A DNA stretch of 64,000 nucleotides from a virus (IMGVR_UViG_3300006168_000009:1583-65582); one strand, 5' to 3'. Positions 37,601 to 46,735 are shown, numbered from the stretch's first letter. The notes: a model not told the origin generated them from the sequence alone. Program-made: numbers and translations.

Positions 37601-39305
37601 GGTCTGCCGTAGCGCCACGAATACGAGCGGAAATTGTTTTCAGCGCCGTGCCCACTGTGGATGCGTTCTGCACAGAGGCATTAGCGGCAGCGATAAGACC
37701 GGCTGACTTTTCAAAGCTGGTGTTTGCAGCATTAAGAGCGGCGCCAGACTTCTCATAAGCCTCAATCATTTCGCCTGCGGAAACAGCGTACTTCTGACCT
37801 ACTTCAACCAGTACATCCGCAACGTGTTCCGCCTCGGAAACATCCATATTAAAGCCCTTGATGATTGAGGTGAGACCCGTGGTAGCCTCATCTGTACCTA
37901 CAGCGGCCACATTTGCCAGCACATTTGCGAACTCAGCAAGCTGAGAGGCATCACCCAGGTTGTACCCCAGTCGGCTGAACGTCTCAATAGAGCCAAGAAC
38001 ATTGGTAATACTTTGTCCAAGTTCTTTCGCCAACTGCGTAGACTTGACCAGAAACGTTTCCATTTCTGCATCGGTGGCACCAGTTACGATTCTAAGCTGT
38101 GTAAGCGAGGTATCAATATCCCTGGTGTTTGCAACCATCTTGCGTATAGTCTGAATGACAGTCATAATGACCCTGGTAACGCTGAGCCATGCGCCAAACT
38201 TTTTAGCAAGACCACCCATACGCTCGCCAAATGTTCTTGTATTCTCGCCAGCCAGCTTGATAGCGTTAGAAGAAGATGCAAACGTTCCGCCAAGCTCCGC
38301 AAGATGCTGCTTAAACGTGGTAACATCAATCTCACCGCTTCTGAGTTGCTCAAGATAGACTTGCAAAGAACGAATAGACGCCTGAATGTCGTTGTACTCT
38401 GAACTCGTCTTCCCTGTCTTTGCGGCAGTCCAGTCCCGTTCAGCCTTTTGCATCTGGGTCAACAGAGACAAACCTTGCTTACGGGCTGCATTCAAGTCCT
38501 TCTGTTCCGCAGCGGCATCCTTGTTTGCCTTTGCACCACTTTCGGACGCACTGGCAGCAGCCTGTTCCGCCGCAGCCTGTTCGGTTGCCGCACTAACACC
38601 AGCCGCAGCGGCAGCAGATGCAGCAGCCTGTTCTTGTCGAAGCATCTCTATATTGTTAGCGATTGCCGCACCCTCTGCTTCAATTTCAGCACGATAGCCA
38701 CTTGATGCAGCGGTTTTGGTGGCACGAATCTGTTCGATTTTAACGGCCCATTGCTCATAGTTTGCAATGAGAGCAGCCACCTGTGCCTTCTCTTCCTCAG
38801 TTGTTGCACTATTGCTCAGTGTGGTAAGCGCACGCTGAACAGAAACCTTTTGTCTGTTAAGCGCCTCCATCTGAACCTTAAACTCGGCAGTCTTCTTTGC
38901 GGCATCAGCAGCGGCATCACCAGCCTGCTTCATCTTGGATTTTATTTCACCAATACCCTCAGCAGTTAGCGTGATAGTTGTACCCTTATCCAGATGAAGC
39001 GTATTGACGACGGCATTCAACTGGTTTCTAAAATCAGTGATGGCGCCCGAGCCAAGCGTGAGCTTGGAAACCTGCACCGAAAACTTTCCGCTTGAGCTAA
39101 CAGTATTCAGCTTCGACTGTAGCTGGCTACTCCAAGACTTTTGACCACCAGCATCTGTATCCAAAGCGACCTTGACCTTCAACGGATTCTTATTCAAGGC
39201 CGTCATGATTTGGGTCAGTTGCGACTGAATCAGACTGCCGCTTTCACCGCCCAATGAACCCTCGCCGAGTACGCCAAACAGCAAGGAGATATCTGCGTTC
39301 GCCAT
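31668..39305 (-). CDS. Tape measure protein (TP901-type), about 2545 aa
   Basis: Long helical Ala/Glu-rich ORF; TSLTQLRIVTG...GTALKTISARI core; C-terminal YHKGG...GEAVL; start MANADI at 39305. Confidence 0.93.
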   Translation of the reverse strand: MANADISLLFGVLGEGSLGGESGSLIQSQLTQIMTALNKNPLKVKVALDTDAGGQKSWSSQLQSKLNTVSSSGKFSVQVSKLTLGSGAITDFRNQLNAVVNTLHLDKGTTITLTAEGIGEIKSKMKQAGDAAADAAKKTAEFKVQMEALNRQKVSVQRALTTLSNSATTEEEKAQVAALIANYEQWAVKIEQIRATKTAASSGYRAEIEAEGAAIANNIEMLRQEQAAASAAAAAGVSAATEQAAAEQAAASASESGAKANKDAAAEQKDLNAARKQGLSLLTQMQKAERDWTAAKTGKTSSEYNDIQASIRSLQVYLEQLRSGEIDVTTFKQHLAELGGTFASSSNAIKLAGENTRTFGERMGGLAKKFGAWLSVTRVIMTVIQTIRKMVANTRDIDTSLTQLRIVTGATDAEMETFLVKSTQLAKELGQSITNVLGSIETFSRLGYNLGDASQLAEFANVLANVAAVGTDEATTGLTSIIKGFNMDVSEAEHVADVLVEVGQKYAVSAGEMIEAYEKSGAALNAANTSFEKSAGLIAAANASVQNASTVGTALKTISARIRGATADLEALGEDTSDLAQGFSKYAEEIKALTGFDIMVDGSTDTYKDIYDIFEGISKVWDDLSDTQQARISEILGGTRQLQVISSILGNWGDATGAYADAMASAGTATEANTIYMDSINGRIGVLNATFQEFSNNLLNSGLIKFFVDLGTNIISALNALEKLHLLLPMVASVVVTIKALRAGMTAMHGAVASAETASAINTIVARLVAEKGATDALAVSVANLTIAEKAELATKIQAAVASGSLTAAESEQILATLGLVTAEGTLTVANHTLGASFKALMASIPVWGWIALGVSALITAVTALSGAFKSNEEKLAELNEEYDELYSTIRNVSSEFKSLKTSADEVIPRFAELAKGVNKFGDNVSLTDEEYAEFLELNNRVAEMFPELNLGMDENGNYMLALSYGADTLTDSLYGLLEAQRLLAAQELADTLPDLVDNVKEQEKVYNKEKKALQNRLDYYQQAYDAYSEMFSDEVIGNYKDAYGEEWETYFNSALDSMSVSYVSYMQEAFDAFNNTDSWQRMLDKFTNADTGLIDWWAVLNSDEFENVLAGIERELDNVGDKVQAKWNTINPAVNAWLQTDFIYNDMNEQMQTIARTMVSGLDFSELGLTTAESIENYITDYIINPLYNSGADVREAFANITNWQDELRNGEITFDEFSERVESAFDDLLSSMSDEDAATFADNFVAGFNAMGIAGNDFDDVVDNIIDNWGAVTGAVSGTEAATAVGDLAEEVTELKKAYDLLKTAQEEVASGEGLSPDTIAELAAAEENYLDYLYEENGIIKLNTEAWKENANAKMKDDIASIQSEIAALEEKNAVLREQISTIENQETVTRDNAAWWEKARDAVGGFLEDTWIEMATSELEENTRAIEENQAKLALYSSLYGSITGDLDSYSAALANFSNISTTVDGISNSFQTLADLQAQVANGFTMSLDKALEFAAVYPEILNNAQVSANGQIVLNEGVVNTFLQGKKAELDAQIDSEIAKLEADKAVLQAKMETAQAQLDLAKNVGEGEGQVSKEVAEYRIRASNEMVKALIDNGIDEAEAFKLAAAAMSLNAEEFDRVAKEVCVDVNGNFNNAAYNAAMGIYENMERAKTDINSVTKQAHEAAKAIKGIGTGAILGADTKMKGSGGGRNRKGIDTNVTSGEFNGFDFDFSFKGASLDDFISQVELDISSYKDAIAQIDGQIAVLQALKNTPLKKFRSNTGSGSSKDATKEVEEYIAAIDDYREAIERLNRIRIKKAELELDLSNTDDLREQIRLQESLVNIYRDEQDAMHNLNDLRDKTISDGAETLRQLGFNVEYNPDSNKFFIQNLEHLNELVADSKGEYDSLQEATNALREDTEEFIKTLESLNEENQENSETWWELRNSIREAKIAIIDALKQIVSDASDAVDEIQNVYDTLKDAADEYAENGGFISVDAFQKIIELGPQYMQYLRDENGLLVINEENINKVIAARTRQLAAEQAVTYVERLRLALQEDSIENLNTLLYATTEATDATFGLAYAELALMHSLGDLDDEQYAAALHNIQSIEDLANTAIAGIGKVAGSSKEELEKMKSGVDDILKYVMDMLKHRIQQQIDALEELKDAYGDIIDLRKEALEAAKEEAEYEDKVAEKVKQIAKLQERINALSLDDSRDAQAQKIKLEEEMAELQKELADDQSDYAVDAQKDALDEMKDAYEEEKDAEIAALEETISSYQKLYDMAIAYIQSHWDTLYSELIAWNTEYGSVLNSEITEAWNNCLAAAQRYGSYVAALNSIDNDIAASTNGTSNNTIVGNTGDRTQSSKEESIHSIIKEMYRNSQEWHTANEGRRKDLDKRNLQLGSMLAQYGVNAHREGDGAWYMNGSKQLLFDKYKQYIYHKGGIAGDNPTLKQNEVMAILEKGEAVLDKRREQGLYRLVEFATTMADKFSNMMKSSDLSHIFAGAGNGLSDAKADIPSNVLNSNALKIEIGPTYIYGANDETVAKHQAVTRQQANELFAKLNIKR

Positions 39306-39335
39306 CGTTTTCTCACCGTCCTTTACGAAGAAAAG

Positions 39336-39356
39336 GCTTGGCACGAAGCCAAGCCT
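39336..39356 (-). terminator. Terminator-like hairpin upstream of TMP
   Basis: AAGGCTTGGC-ACGAA-GCCAAGCCTT followed by T run on the - strand. Confidence 0.6.
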
Positions 39357-39366
39357 TAATCAGTTA

Positions 39367-39990
39367 TTATTGATAAACATCCCCTGCGGTTGCGGTCACA
39401 TGGTATTCAGCGCCATAGTTGCCGTTAAAGTCGTCTACCGCCTGCTGGATGAAGTGCAGCCCCTCTCGGTCTTTCTGACTGCGAACCCATGCGTAGTTGG
39501 CCTTTATATCAGAACCACTCCTAAAAAGTGTGCTGGCCGTTGCTTGATGTCCATCCCACCAACCATACACATAGTCACTTGCATGATATCCGTTATTGAA
39601 TAAGGCTACGATATTGTCGATACCCTCACCTGTATATCCATTTATGCCATCATCAAGCGATTCTCTGCGAAGGTTATCCTCGAAGTACACATACATAAGT
39701 GTGCTTCCATCTGGCATCTTGATTGGCTTTGAGCATTCTAAGCTATTGAAGTGTTGCATAATAGACTGTGGCAAGTCACAAGCTCGCGCTGTTTCTTGTA
39801 AAACCTGAATCAGTTTAGCGCCAGCCTCCAACATATCAGTCTCAGTCATCACTTTGCCGCCTCCAGCAGTTTTTCCTTTTCCGTCTGCCGCATATTTATC
39901 AATGCACTCCTTCATGCGGAGCTTGCCGCTGACAGAGCGGCTATATGCTCCAACCTTTGACATGATGGAGCTCATGTTGATAGCAGGCAT
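39367..39990 (-). CDS. Tail morphogenesis protein
   Basis: Position between tail tube and TMP genes. Confidence 0.55.
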   Translation of the reverse strand: MPAINMSSIMSKVGAYSRSVSGKLRMKECIDKYAADGKGKTAGGGKVMTETDMLEAGAKLIQVLQETARACDLPQSIMQHFNSLECSKPIKMPDGSTLMYVYFEDNLRRESLDDGINGYTGEGIDNIVALFNNGYHASDYVYGWWDGHQATASTLFRSGSDIKANYAWVRSQKDREGLHFIQQAVDDFNGNYGAEYHVTATAGDVYQ

Positions 39991-40592
39991 TACTCTGCGA
40001 CCCCAGTGTTAGAGGCGTTCTTTTGCTTCATGTACGCCTCAACAATTCTTTCCTCGGTCAGCGTACTGTTGCCAATCGCACCGACCAAGCGTGTCACATC
40101 CTCTTGCGTGACACCGCCAAACACATCTGCCGTCTGCTTTTGCATCTCCTCAAAGGAAGAAACGAGGTCATTCAGTCGGTTCTGGATAGCGACCGTATTT
40201 GTTTCGCACATATAGGAGAGCTTGCGATTGATGGAAGTGACCATCTCCTGCACCTGCTGCATATTGATGTGTTGACACACAAAGTCCACAAGGTCGGAAC
40301 AATAGAGAATCGCATATCTGTGTTCCAGCTTGTCCGGCAGAGATACGTTGGTGTATCTGCTGATGATGTTACTCTTGATTGCAAAATCCAGAACCTCTGG
40401 TGTATAGACACCATCCCGCTGGAAACAACTCTGTACCACATCGTTCACAAAGGTCAGCATATCAGTGAACGGGAGACTGCGGCGCATCTTCACCTCAACG
40501 TCATACCACTGCTCTGATACGACATTCAAAAAGCGCTCGCCAATGATGCTGTCAACGGCGCTGATAGATACTTTCTTTTCACCCTTCGCCAT
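39990..40592 (-). CDS. Putative tail assembly chaperone
   Basis: Helical protein upstream of TMP. Confidence 0.5.
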   Translation of the reverse strand: MAKGEKKVSISAVDSIIGERFLNVVSEQWYDVEVKMRRSLPFTDMLTFVNDVVQSCFQRDGVYTPEVLDFAIKSNIISRYTNVSLPDKLEHRYAILYCSDLVDFVCQHINMQQVQEMVTSINRKLSYMCETNTVAIQNRLNDLVSSFEEMQKQTADVFGGVTQEDVTRLVGAIGNSTLTEERIVEAYMKQKNASNTGVAE

Positions 40593-41046
40593 GAGTAGTG
40601 TCCTCCTTTTTGTTCTTACTGCGCTTTTCTTCCTTGCGCATCGCTTTTACAGTTTCATAGTCCAGCCAGCCGCCGAACTTCTTCACATATGTAATCCACT
40701 GGTAATTCACATCCGGGTACTTAAACCAAAACATCTTCCGTTTTAGTTTTGCCACGCTGTCTGGCATACCTTTTGTGTCGATTACCTCAATGTGGCCATC
40801 TGCGTACTCGATATAGAAGTCAGCGACGTATGTGATTGGCAAAACCTTCTTGCCATCCCGTGTAAACCCCGATTGCAGCTCAAATTTTTTCTGTAACTCA
40901 TATCGTGTTACTTCGCCGCTTTCCACTTTGGGACAGAGCACATCACGGTAATACCGCATCTCAAGCTGACTGTCGAACACAATTCCATTGTGTGTCCGCT
41001 TATCCCTGTCTTTATCCACATTAAATTTTGACCGTTCCATAATCAT
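40579..41046 (-). CDS. DUF1064-like endonuclease-fold protein
   Basis: FDSQLE..YY, YVADFYIEY, VIDTKG motifs. Confidence 0.8.
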   Translation of the reverse strand: MIMERSKFNVDKDRDKRTHNGIVFDSQLEMRYYRDVLCPKVESGEVTRYELQKKFELQSGFTRDGKKVLPITYVADFYIEYADGHIEVIDTKGMPDSVAKLKRKMFWFKYPDVNYQWITYVKKFGGWLDYETVKAMRKEEKRSKNKKEDTTHGEG

Positions 41047-41061
41047 CTCCTAAAAGAGAGA

Positions 41062-41087
41062 AGGAGGGCAGAATATTCTGCCCTCCT
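41062..41087. terminator. Perfect 26-bp palindrome / terminator
   Basis: AGGAGGGCAGAATATTCTGCCCTCCT, followed by T-rich sequence on the - strand. Confidence 0.6.
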
Positions 41088-41091
41088 ATGT

Positions 41092-41397
41092 TCATTCGAC
41101 ACCCACAGGCGCATCGACAGTTTCGGTGACATCCTTCTCGGCTATTGCCATGAAAGGTACTTCGTTCACCTCGACCGGAATGGCCTTCGGCTCGACTCTC
41201 TTGTGTTTGTTCCGCTTGGTAACCACAGTGGGTTTCCGTGACTCAACGATGCGCTGGAGGTAGGTAGCCCCACACTCAGGGGAACAGGCTACCTCCTGCC
41301 AGTGAAATACGTTTGGGTTGCGGTTCGCAGTGCGGCATGGCTCATACTCCTTACCACACACGCGGCAGGTCTTCTTCTCAGAAGCCATATCAGTCAC
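41092..41397 (-). CDS. Zn-finger hypothetical protein
   Basis: CRVCG...C...CSPECG. Confidence 0.6.
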   Translation of the reverse strand: MTDMASEKKTCRVCGKEYEPCRTANRNPNVFHWQEVACSPECGATYLQRIVESRKPTVVTKRNKHKRVEPKAIPVEVNEVPFMAIAEKDVTETVDAPVGVE

Positions 41398-41405
41398 CTG
41401 CTTTC

Positions 41406-42272
41406 TTAGGGCGTTTCCTCTTCGGTGGTCTCATCGACCACGTCCTCAGCGTTCGCACCGAACACGGTGTAGGTGAAGAGCTGACCGCTCTGGTTGTGAT
41501 AGCCGCAGCCAGCGCCAGCCAGTGACTCAGCCTCGAAAGCGTGGACGGTCTGGTTATCGCCCATCTCGATAGAGAACTCGCCGTTGAAGTCGGCCTTGGG
41601 AATGTAGAACTGGATGCGGTAGATGTTGGCGCACTTGTCCTCGGCCAGAGCGTTGATATACAGGGCGCACTTGCCGGAGTAGGTGTCGCTCATGTTGTTC
41701 AGGACACTCGCCTGAATCTGACGCTTGTAGTACACGACCACCTCAGTGCCATCGGCGATATCGCCAGCATTGAAGGTGAGGGTCTTGGTCGCGGGGTCAT
41801 AAGTGAACGTGTCGCTACCAGCGGCGGCGTCCTGCGTCAGGGTCTTACCCAGAGTGCCATCGGTGTTCTTGATATAGACAGCCTCAACCTCGTTGCCGGT
41901 AGTGCCAACGGCCTTATAGGTCGTAACTGCCTTGTCCTCGGCCACGATGAGATAGTCATTCCACATGACCTCAGTGACCTTGTTCTCGAACTTGCTGCCA
42001 GTCTGAAGCTCCAGCAGGCCGCCAGACACGATGCCGTTGTTGCCACTGATGGTGACAGCCTTGTTCCGCTTCAGAGAAGACAGCTTGCGCCCCTGCTTAC
42101 CAGTGATGTCGGTCTTTTCCTGGCTCTGAGCGATGGTAGCATTTTGCAGCTCGTCCAGGGTGAACAGATAGGCACCGGTCACGATGTCGAACGCATCAAT
42201 CGTCTCCAGGCTGGTGACAGTGATATCACTAACGTTCATAGTTGTTCCTCCTCCTATTTGTGAGTTAGCCAA
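41406..42272 (-). CDS. Major tail (tube) protein
   Basis: Position, size, very strong codon bias, beta-rich. Confidence 0.75.
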   Translation of the reverse strand: MANSQIGGGTTMNVSDITVTSLETIDAFDIVTGAYLFTLDELQNATIAQSQEKTDITGKQGRKLSSLKRNKAVTISGNNGIVSGGLLELQTGSKFENKVTEVMWNDYLIVAEDKAVTTYKAVGTTGNEVEAVYIKNTDGTLGKTLTQDAAAGSDTFTYDPATKTLTFNAGDIADGTEVVVYYKRQIQASVLNNMSDTYSGKCALYINALAEDKCANIYRIQFYIPKADFNGEFSIEMGDNQTVHAFEAESLAGAGCGYHNQSGQLFTYTVFGANAEDVVDETTEEETP

Positions 42273-42970
42273 TTCAAATCGTCTTGGCTTAGGTCTTTTG
42301 CACTGACTGTGCCAGAATAGATGCCGTGCATCCTATTGTCATAGTCAATTTTCTTGATTATCTGGTGCACACTTTCATTGAACTGGTAGATAGAGAGTTC
42401 TCGTGTCCCCTCAAACCCATAGTGGAATTGCTCGGTGTTTACAAGCGCAACAACCAACTCCTCCAACTGGGAGTTTGTTGTTCTGTTCTTGTTACGCCGC
42501 ATTTTTGTGCGTGCCCGTTCAATCAAGTAGTCTTTGGTTTCGCCATTTATTGGCTTGCGGTTATCCCGTTTAAGGTGGTGTATTTTGCGCAAAGTTGCTG
42601 CAATTTGTCCCTGTATGGCCCGGTCAATCATTGCCCCGGTGTCCTTGTCACGAAGAACAAGCATATTATTCTGTGGGTTGATAACAGACTTGAACGCTTT
42701 CAAATCAAGGTCGCCGAAAATTAGAGAAGTATCCCGCTCCTTCAACGCACTAAACATTAGAATGAATAGCTCATACTCGTTTATTTTTGTGAAGTCAATT
42801 CCGATGTCATCAAGCTGCACCATCATATCGATTGGCATAGCAGTCAGCATGGAAACCATACTGTAATAGTCATCTTCGTGGTCTATCACTTCACCAACAG
42901 TCGGAATGCGCACCTTGATGAACTCGTTGACTTTGTATTCCTTTTTGTATAGCAGATTCAGTGTCGCCAT
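42254..42970 (-). CDS. Tail morphogenesis protein
   Basis: ORF coupled in neck/tail operon. Confidence 0.55.
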   Translation of the reverse strand: MATLNLLYKKEYKVNEFIKVRIPTVGEVIDHEDDYYSMVSMLTAMPIDMMVQLDDIGIDFTKINEYELFILMFSALKERDTSLIFGDLDLKAFKSVINPQNNMLVLRDKDTGAMIDRAIQGQIAATLRKIHHLKRDNRKPINGETKDYLIERARTKMRRNKNRTTNSQLEELVVALVNTEQFHYGFEGTRELSIYQFNESVHQIIKKIDYDNRMHGIYSGTVSAKDLSQDDLNWLTHK

Positions 42971-43479
42971 TATCCGGTCTTCCTATTGGACGGAATTGGC
43001 TTACCAGTCGGAGAGAACCGATTAAAATCCTTTGCCTGGAACATCATCACCTTGCCCTGATAATCTGCGATTGGGGCAAAGCGCTTTACAGAATACAAAT
43101 CGAGTTCACCGAGACCATAGAATCTGCTTCCGTTGATTGTCTTTGCAATCTCAGAGCAGAGTTTGTCTGTTCGGACACCACCTTCCGGCAGACGCAGCTT
43201 GCTCTTGTGCGTGAACACCCAGACATAAAGTGCCGGGGTCAAAAATGTCTTGCTTGAAGTCCGTTGAATCTCGACCTCGCAACAGATAAATGTTTGCCCT
43301 CGGGTCACCGTTTCTGGGACATATTCGTATGGGAAAACCTGAGAATACATCAAGCTGTCCGGTTTATGAATGGTCTTGCAGTCATCGCTCAGCAATCTGA
43401 CGATTTGCTTTGACGTAAGCAAATCGTCCATGAGTTGATTTTTGTAACCAAAAAACTCATCAAGCTGCATTACAGCCAC
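42970..43479 (-). CDS. Putative tail terminator/completion protein
   Basis: Position after head-closure gene. Confidence 0.5.
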   Translation of the reverse strand: MAVMQLDEFFGYKNQLMDDLLTSKQIVRLLSDDCKTIHKPDSLMYSQVFPYEYVPETVTRGQTFICCEVEIQRTSSKTFLTPALYVWVFTHKSKLRLPEGGVRTDKLCSEIAKTINGSRFYGLGELDLYSVKRFAPIADYQGKVMMFQAKDFNRFSPTGKPIPSNRKTG

Positions 43480-44240
43480 ACCTTCTTTCCTGGGTCATCT
43501 TCTCTCGGATATGAAACCTGCTCGTCATCCGAGAGATGCGGCCCACCGTGTTCACGAGGAAAATGGTCGTAATAATTCGCAATATGAAGTTCAAGGTTAT
43601 CGCTGTCCTCTGTATTGCACTCTTGCAACACAAAATACAAAACGCCATTCTCGCCGAAGCTACCGCCCAGCTTGAATGGCTTTGTCAACCTATATGCGAG
43701 CACGTTAGGAGACCCATAATCATCGATTAGGAACCTGTCATCACGGTTGAGGCGAAGTGTGTATCCGTCTTTTGGCAGCGTCAAAGAAATTCTTGAATCG
43801 CCCCTGGTAATAATGAAGTCGTTATCTCCATACTCGCCAGTCAGGTACTTCGTTCCGTCCTCAACGATACACCATCGCTCAACAATATTGCCATCATCAG
43901 CAATCCATCTGAGCAAGTAGTTACACTGCCGCATAATGCCTTTGGTATACAATTCATTGTTCGCATCAACCTCTGTAATGAGCCAATGGTTCTTCATCCA
44001 CTCAACCGCTCCGCCGGGCGGGAGGTCTTCACCGGGGAGCGTACATAACGTCTTTTGATTCAAGTTATCTGAATTGATAACCGCTAATGACCTATGTTCT
44101 CCATTGATAATGACCTGATGATAAGAAGGGCTTGCCAGCATCTTTGCATTTAGAAGGCGACCCTCCTTTTGTAAGGCGGCAGTTCGCCTGTCACCACCCT
44201 GGGCGTTAATGCGAGAACGATATGTATCCCAAAAGCTCAC
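43470..44240 (-). CDS. Putative head closure/neck protein
   Basis: Position; WLI/G.MRQCNY.L.W beta pattern. Confidence 0.55.
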   Translation of the reverse strand: MSFWDTYRSRINAQGGDRRTAALQKEGRLLNAKMLASPSYHQVIINGEHRSLAVINSDNLNQKTLCTLPGEDLPPGGAVEWMKNHWLITEVDANNELYTKGIMRQCNYLLRWIADDGNIVERWCIVEDGTKYLTGEYGDNDFIITRGDSRISLTLPKDGYTLRLNRDDRFLIDDYGSPNVLAYRLTKPFKLGGSFGENGVLYFVLQECNTEDSDNLELHIANYYDHFPREHGGPHLSDDEQVSYPREDDPGKKVWL

Positions 44241-44587
44241 TGCGCCACCTCCTCGTTCGGAATGGCGTACCTCGCTTTCAGCTTATTGCAAATCGAAATG
44301 GCCCGAAAGACTTCACGTTTCACGGTCGAAATCTCACAGGACGGATTGTCGATAAAGTATTGCAAAATAGCGATAAGCGAGAGGAACAGTGGGTCTTCGT
44401 GAATAGCCTCAATCAGCTCCTTACACCCAAGCAGCTCTGCTTGCAGACTTTTCATGTAAATACTGAGCGAACCTTCTCCACTCTCCCAGATAGGGAGAAT
44501 TTTGAAAAAGCAGTTGATGAGGGAACGGAAGTAATTGCTCAGTACCTTTGCGTCCATCGGAACGCCAGCCTTAGTCTGTAACATCAT
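44237..44587 (-). CDS. Hypothetical neck-region protein
   Basis: Coupled ORF. Confidence 0.5.
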   Translation of the reverse strand: MMLQTKAGVPMDAKVLSNYFRSLINCFFKILPIWESGEGSLSIYMKSLQAELLGCKELIEAIHEDPLFLSLIAILQYFIDNPSCEISTVKREVFRAISICNKLKARYAIPNEEVAQ

Positions 44588-45081
44588 AGATGCAAATCCG
44601 TCAAATCCCCGTGATTGTACGAATACTCCCTCATCATATTCGTGAAATCTTTTCGAGCCGTAGTATGCGCATTGCTGATACGCAAAAGCAGCTCTGCCGG
44701 AGAATAGGTGGAAAAGTCTCTTGTGTTCATCACACTTTCAAAACTTTCCTGCTTGTAGGTATATGGTTTCATCCACTGCACAAGCATTCCCTCAGAGACA
44801 ATGTCTACAATTTCATCCAGGTCTTCGGACAGCTCCTCGTCCAGTTGCTGTTGCCGCACACCATCTGGGTCTTCCATCGTAACCTTGATAGAAAACTCGC
44901 GGACGTTATCATCACCAGTTGTGGTAAAGTCATACTTGCAGATATGCCTGAAGGCCGCGATTGCACGTTTCATGAACCCATCAATCGTACTGTTCCTTTC
45001 ATTCGGTAGCATATTGACAAAGTCATACTCCGTAATTTTTGAAAGGAACGCCTCTGTGAACTTATCGTATGGAACGTTCAT
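44584..45081 (-). CDS. Putative head-tail adaptor
   Basis: Helical, position after capsid genes. Confidence 0.55.
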   Translation of the reverse strand: MNVPYDKFTEAFLSKITEYDFVNMLPNERNSTIDGFMKRAIAAFRHICKYDFTTTGDDNVREFSIKVTMEDPDGVRQQQLDEELSEDLDEIVDIVSEGMLVQWMKPYTYKQESFESVMNTRDFSTYSPAELLLRISNAHTTARKDFTNMMREYSYNHGDLTDLHL

Positions 45082-45093
45082 GTCTCACGCTCC

Positions 45094-45639
45094 TTATCGC
45101 TCAACCAGTTCTGTACCGAGGCACTTCTCAAGCGTTGTGATAGTCTTGTTGGAATCAATGCCGCCCTCCGCAATGAGCTGCTTCGCCCGATATGCGATAG
45201 ACTTCTTCTGCCCGTCGGACAGCTTGGCGATTGTCTCCTCAATCTCGGCCACAGGCTTCTCGAACAAAGCATCGAACCCCTCAATAGAGATAGAGAATTT
45301 GTAGAACTTGCCCATGCCGAGGTAATCAACAATCCACGGCTCATCGAACATAAACCAGTTGTTGATAAAGTATTTCTTGTTGGAGTTACGAGCGTTCCTC
45401 AGCTCGCCAAGCTCCATATCCTGTTCTGAGCCGAATGAATCCCAAACAAACCGCTCACCAGTCTTCTTGCTCTTATACACAAGCCTGCCCTGGAAACCAT
45501 TCTTAACGGTAACGATTTGCATCGGGTCAACATCCTTTGGAACCATGCGTTTCTTTTCAGCCGCTTGTGTCTCCTGCGATGGACTCTGCTCTGGTGCCGC
45601 CTTTGGGGGACGGCTTCTCGTTGCTGTTTCGTTTGCCAT
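45094..45639 (-). CDS. Hypothetical virion-module protein
   Basis: ORF with SD directly after the capsid gene. Confidence 0.6.
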   Translation of the reverse strand: MANETATRSRPPKAAPEQSPSQETQAAEKKRMVPKDVDPMQIVTVKNGFQGRLVYKSKKTGERFVWDSFGSEQDMELGELRNARNSNKKYFINNWFMFDEPWIVDYLGMGKFYKFSISIEGFDALFEKPVAEIEETIAKLSDGQKKSIAYRAKQLIAEGGIDSNKTITTLEKCLGTELVER

Positions 45640-45662
45640 AATATCTCCCTTTCATACATGAT

Positions 45663-45685
45663 GCGGGGCCCGTAAAGGGCCCCGC
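45663..45685. terminator. Stem-loop downstream of the capsid gene
   Basis: GCGGGGCCC-GTAAA-GGGCCCCGC. Confidence 0.6.
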
Positions 45686-45704
45686 TTTGTGTGTTCGTTA
45701 CTGT

Positions 45705-46718
45705 TTAGGCAATCTCGTAACGGCCAATACCGGCGTTGCCGCCAGCCAGCACGATACCCATGCCATACTTCTCGCCGTACAGGTACTCCTGGGTCAGGTC
45801 ACCATTGGTCATGGGGTCACCCATGAGAACAATGGGGTTGCCCTCATACACGCACTTGATGGGCTTGTCATCACCAGCGATGATGGTCAGGATGTCGTCA
45901 TCCAGCACAAACTCGGTAGAACCGACCTTGTGGCGCTGGGGAGTCACAACCACGGGAGTGCCGTAGAACTTGCCGTAGTAGCCCATATTATACAGGTCGC
46001 TCTTGGAATCGGTGCCCTGAATAGAGGGAGCCAGATTACGAACGGCCTTCTTGGTGCCGATGATGGTTGCAGGCTTGCCACCAGCAGCAGCCTCAACATG
46101 GTTAATCAGCTCCAGCAGCTCGTCCTCATCATACGCACCGGCAGTGGGGAAGTAGGTCACACCGCCAAAGTCCTGTGCGGTGGCACCGCTCCACAGAGTG
46201 TATACGTCGTTCAGCAGCTTCTGACGGAAGGACTCAGACACCTTGTTGATGAACTGGTTAAAGTCCACACGACCAGCCAGGACACGGTTCAGCTCCTCGT
46301 AAATCTTCACAACTTTCAGAGAAGTCGGAATAGACACTTCGCTGATACCGCTCAGGCGCTGCCGACGGATACCCTGAGTACCATCTGCGGCCTCGGACAC
46401 AACAAAGAGATTGCTGTCTTCAATCTCAAAAATGTTCTTGTCACCCTCCGCCACATTGCGGAAATCGACCAGAGCGTTGAAATACTCATCGCCCTGAAGA
46501 CCCTCAACAACAGTACGGCTCAGGACTTCCTCAATCAGAGTGAACAGCCCGCTGCACTTACCGTCGCGGATATTCTTATAGTTCAGGGTCGTGCTGCCGC
46601 CGTTAGCGTCAACAAGAGCCTTTTGCAGCAGCTCCATGGACTGGCCCACAGAATACTGCTCAACGTTGCCGTGATATGCGTCAACAGCAACCTTGACAAT
46701 GTCTTTCATTTCAGCCAT
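45705..46718 (-). CDS. Major capsid protein (HK97 fold)
   Basis: 337 aa, strong codon bias, position after protease/scaffold and decoration genes. Confidence 0.85.
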   Translation of the reverse strand: MAEMKDIVKVAVDAYHGNVEQYSVGQSMELLQKALVDANGGSTTLNYKNIRDGKCSGLFTLIEEVLSRTVVEGLQGDEYFNALVDFRNVAEGDKNIFEIEDSNLFVVSEAADGTQGIRRQRLSGISEVSIPTSLKVVKIYEELNRVLAGRVDFNQFINKVSESFRQKLLNDVYTLWSGATAQDFGGVTYFPTAGAYDEDELLELINHVEAAAGGKPATIIGTKKAVRNLAPSIQGTDSKSDLYNMGYYGKFYGTPVVVTPQRHKVGSTEFVLDDDILTIIAGDDKPIKCVYEGNPIVLMGDPMTNGDLTQEYLYGEKYGMGIVLAGGNAGIGRYEIA

Positions 46719-46735
46719 TACTGATACCCCCTCTC

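Noticed and set aside
39345-39375. TTAATCAGTTATTATTGAT as another copy of the 25-bp motif
   Set aside because: Too few matches; only a generic AT-rich similarity
39367-41406. Programmed -1 frameshift for tail chaperones
   Set aside because: Genes abut with stop/start overlaps; no convincing slippery heptamer identified
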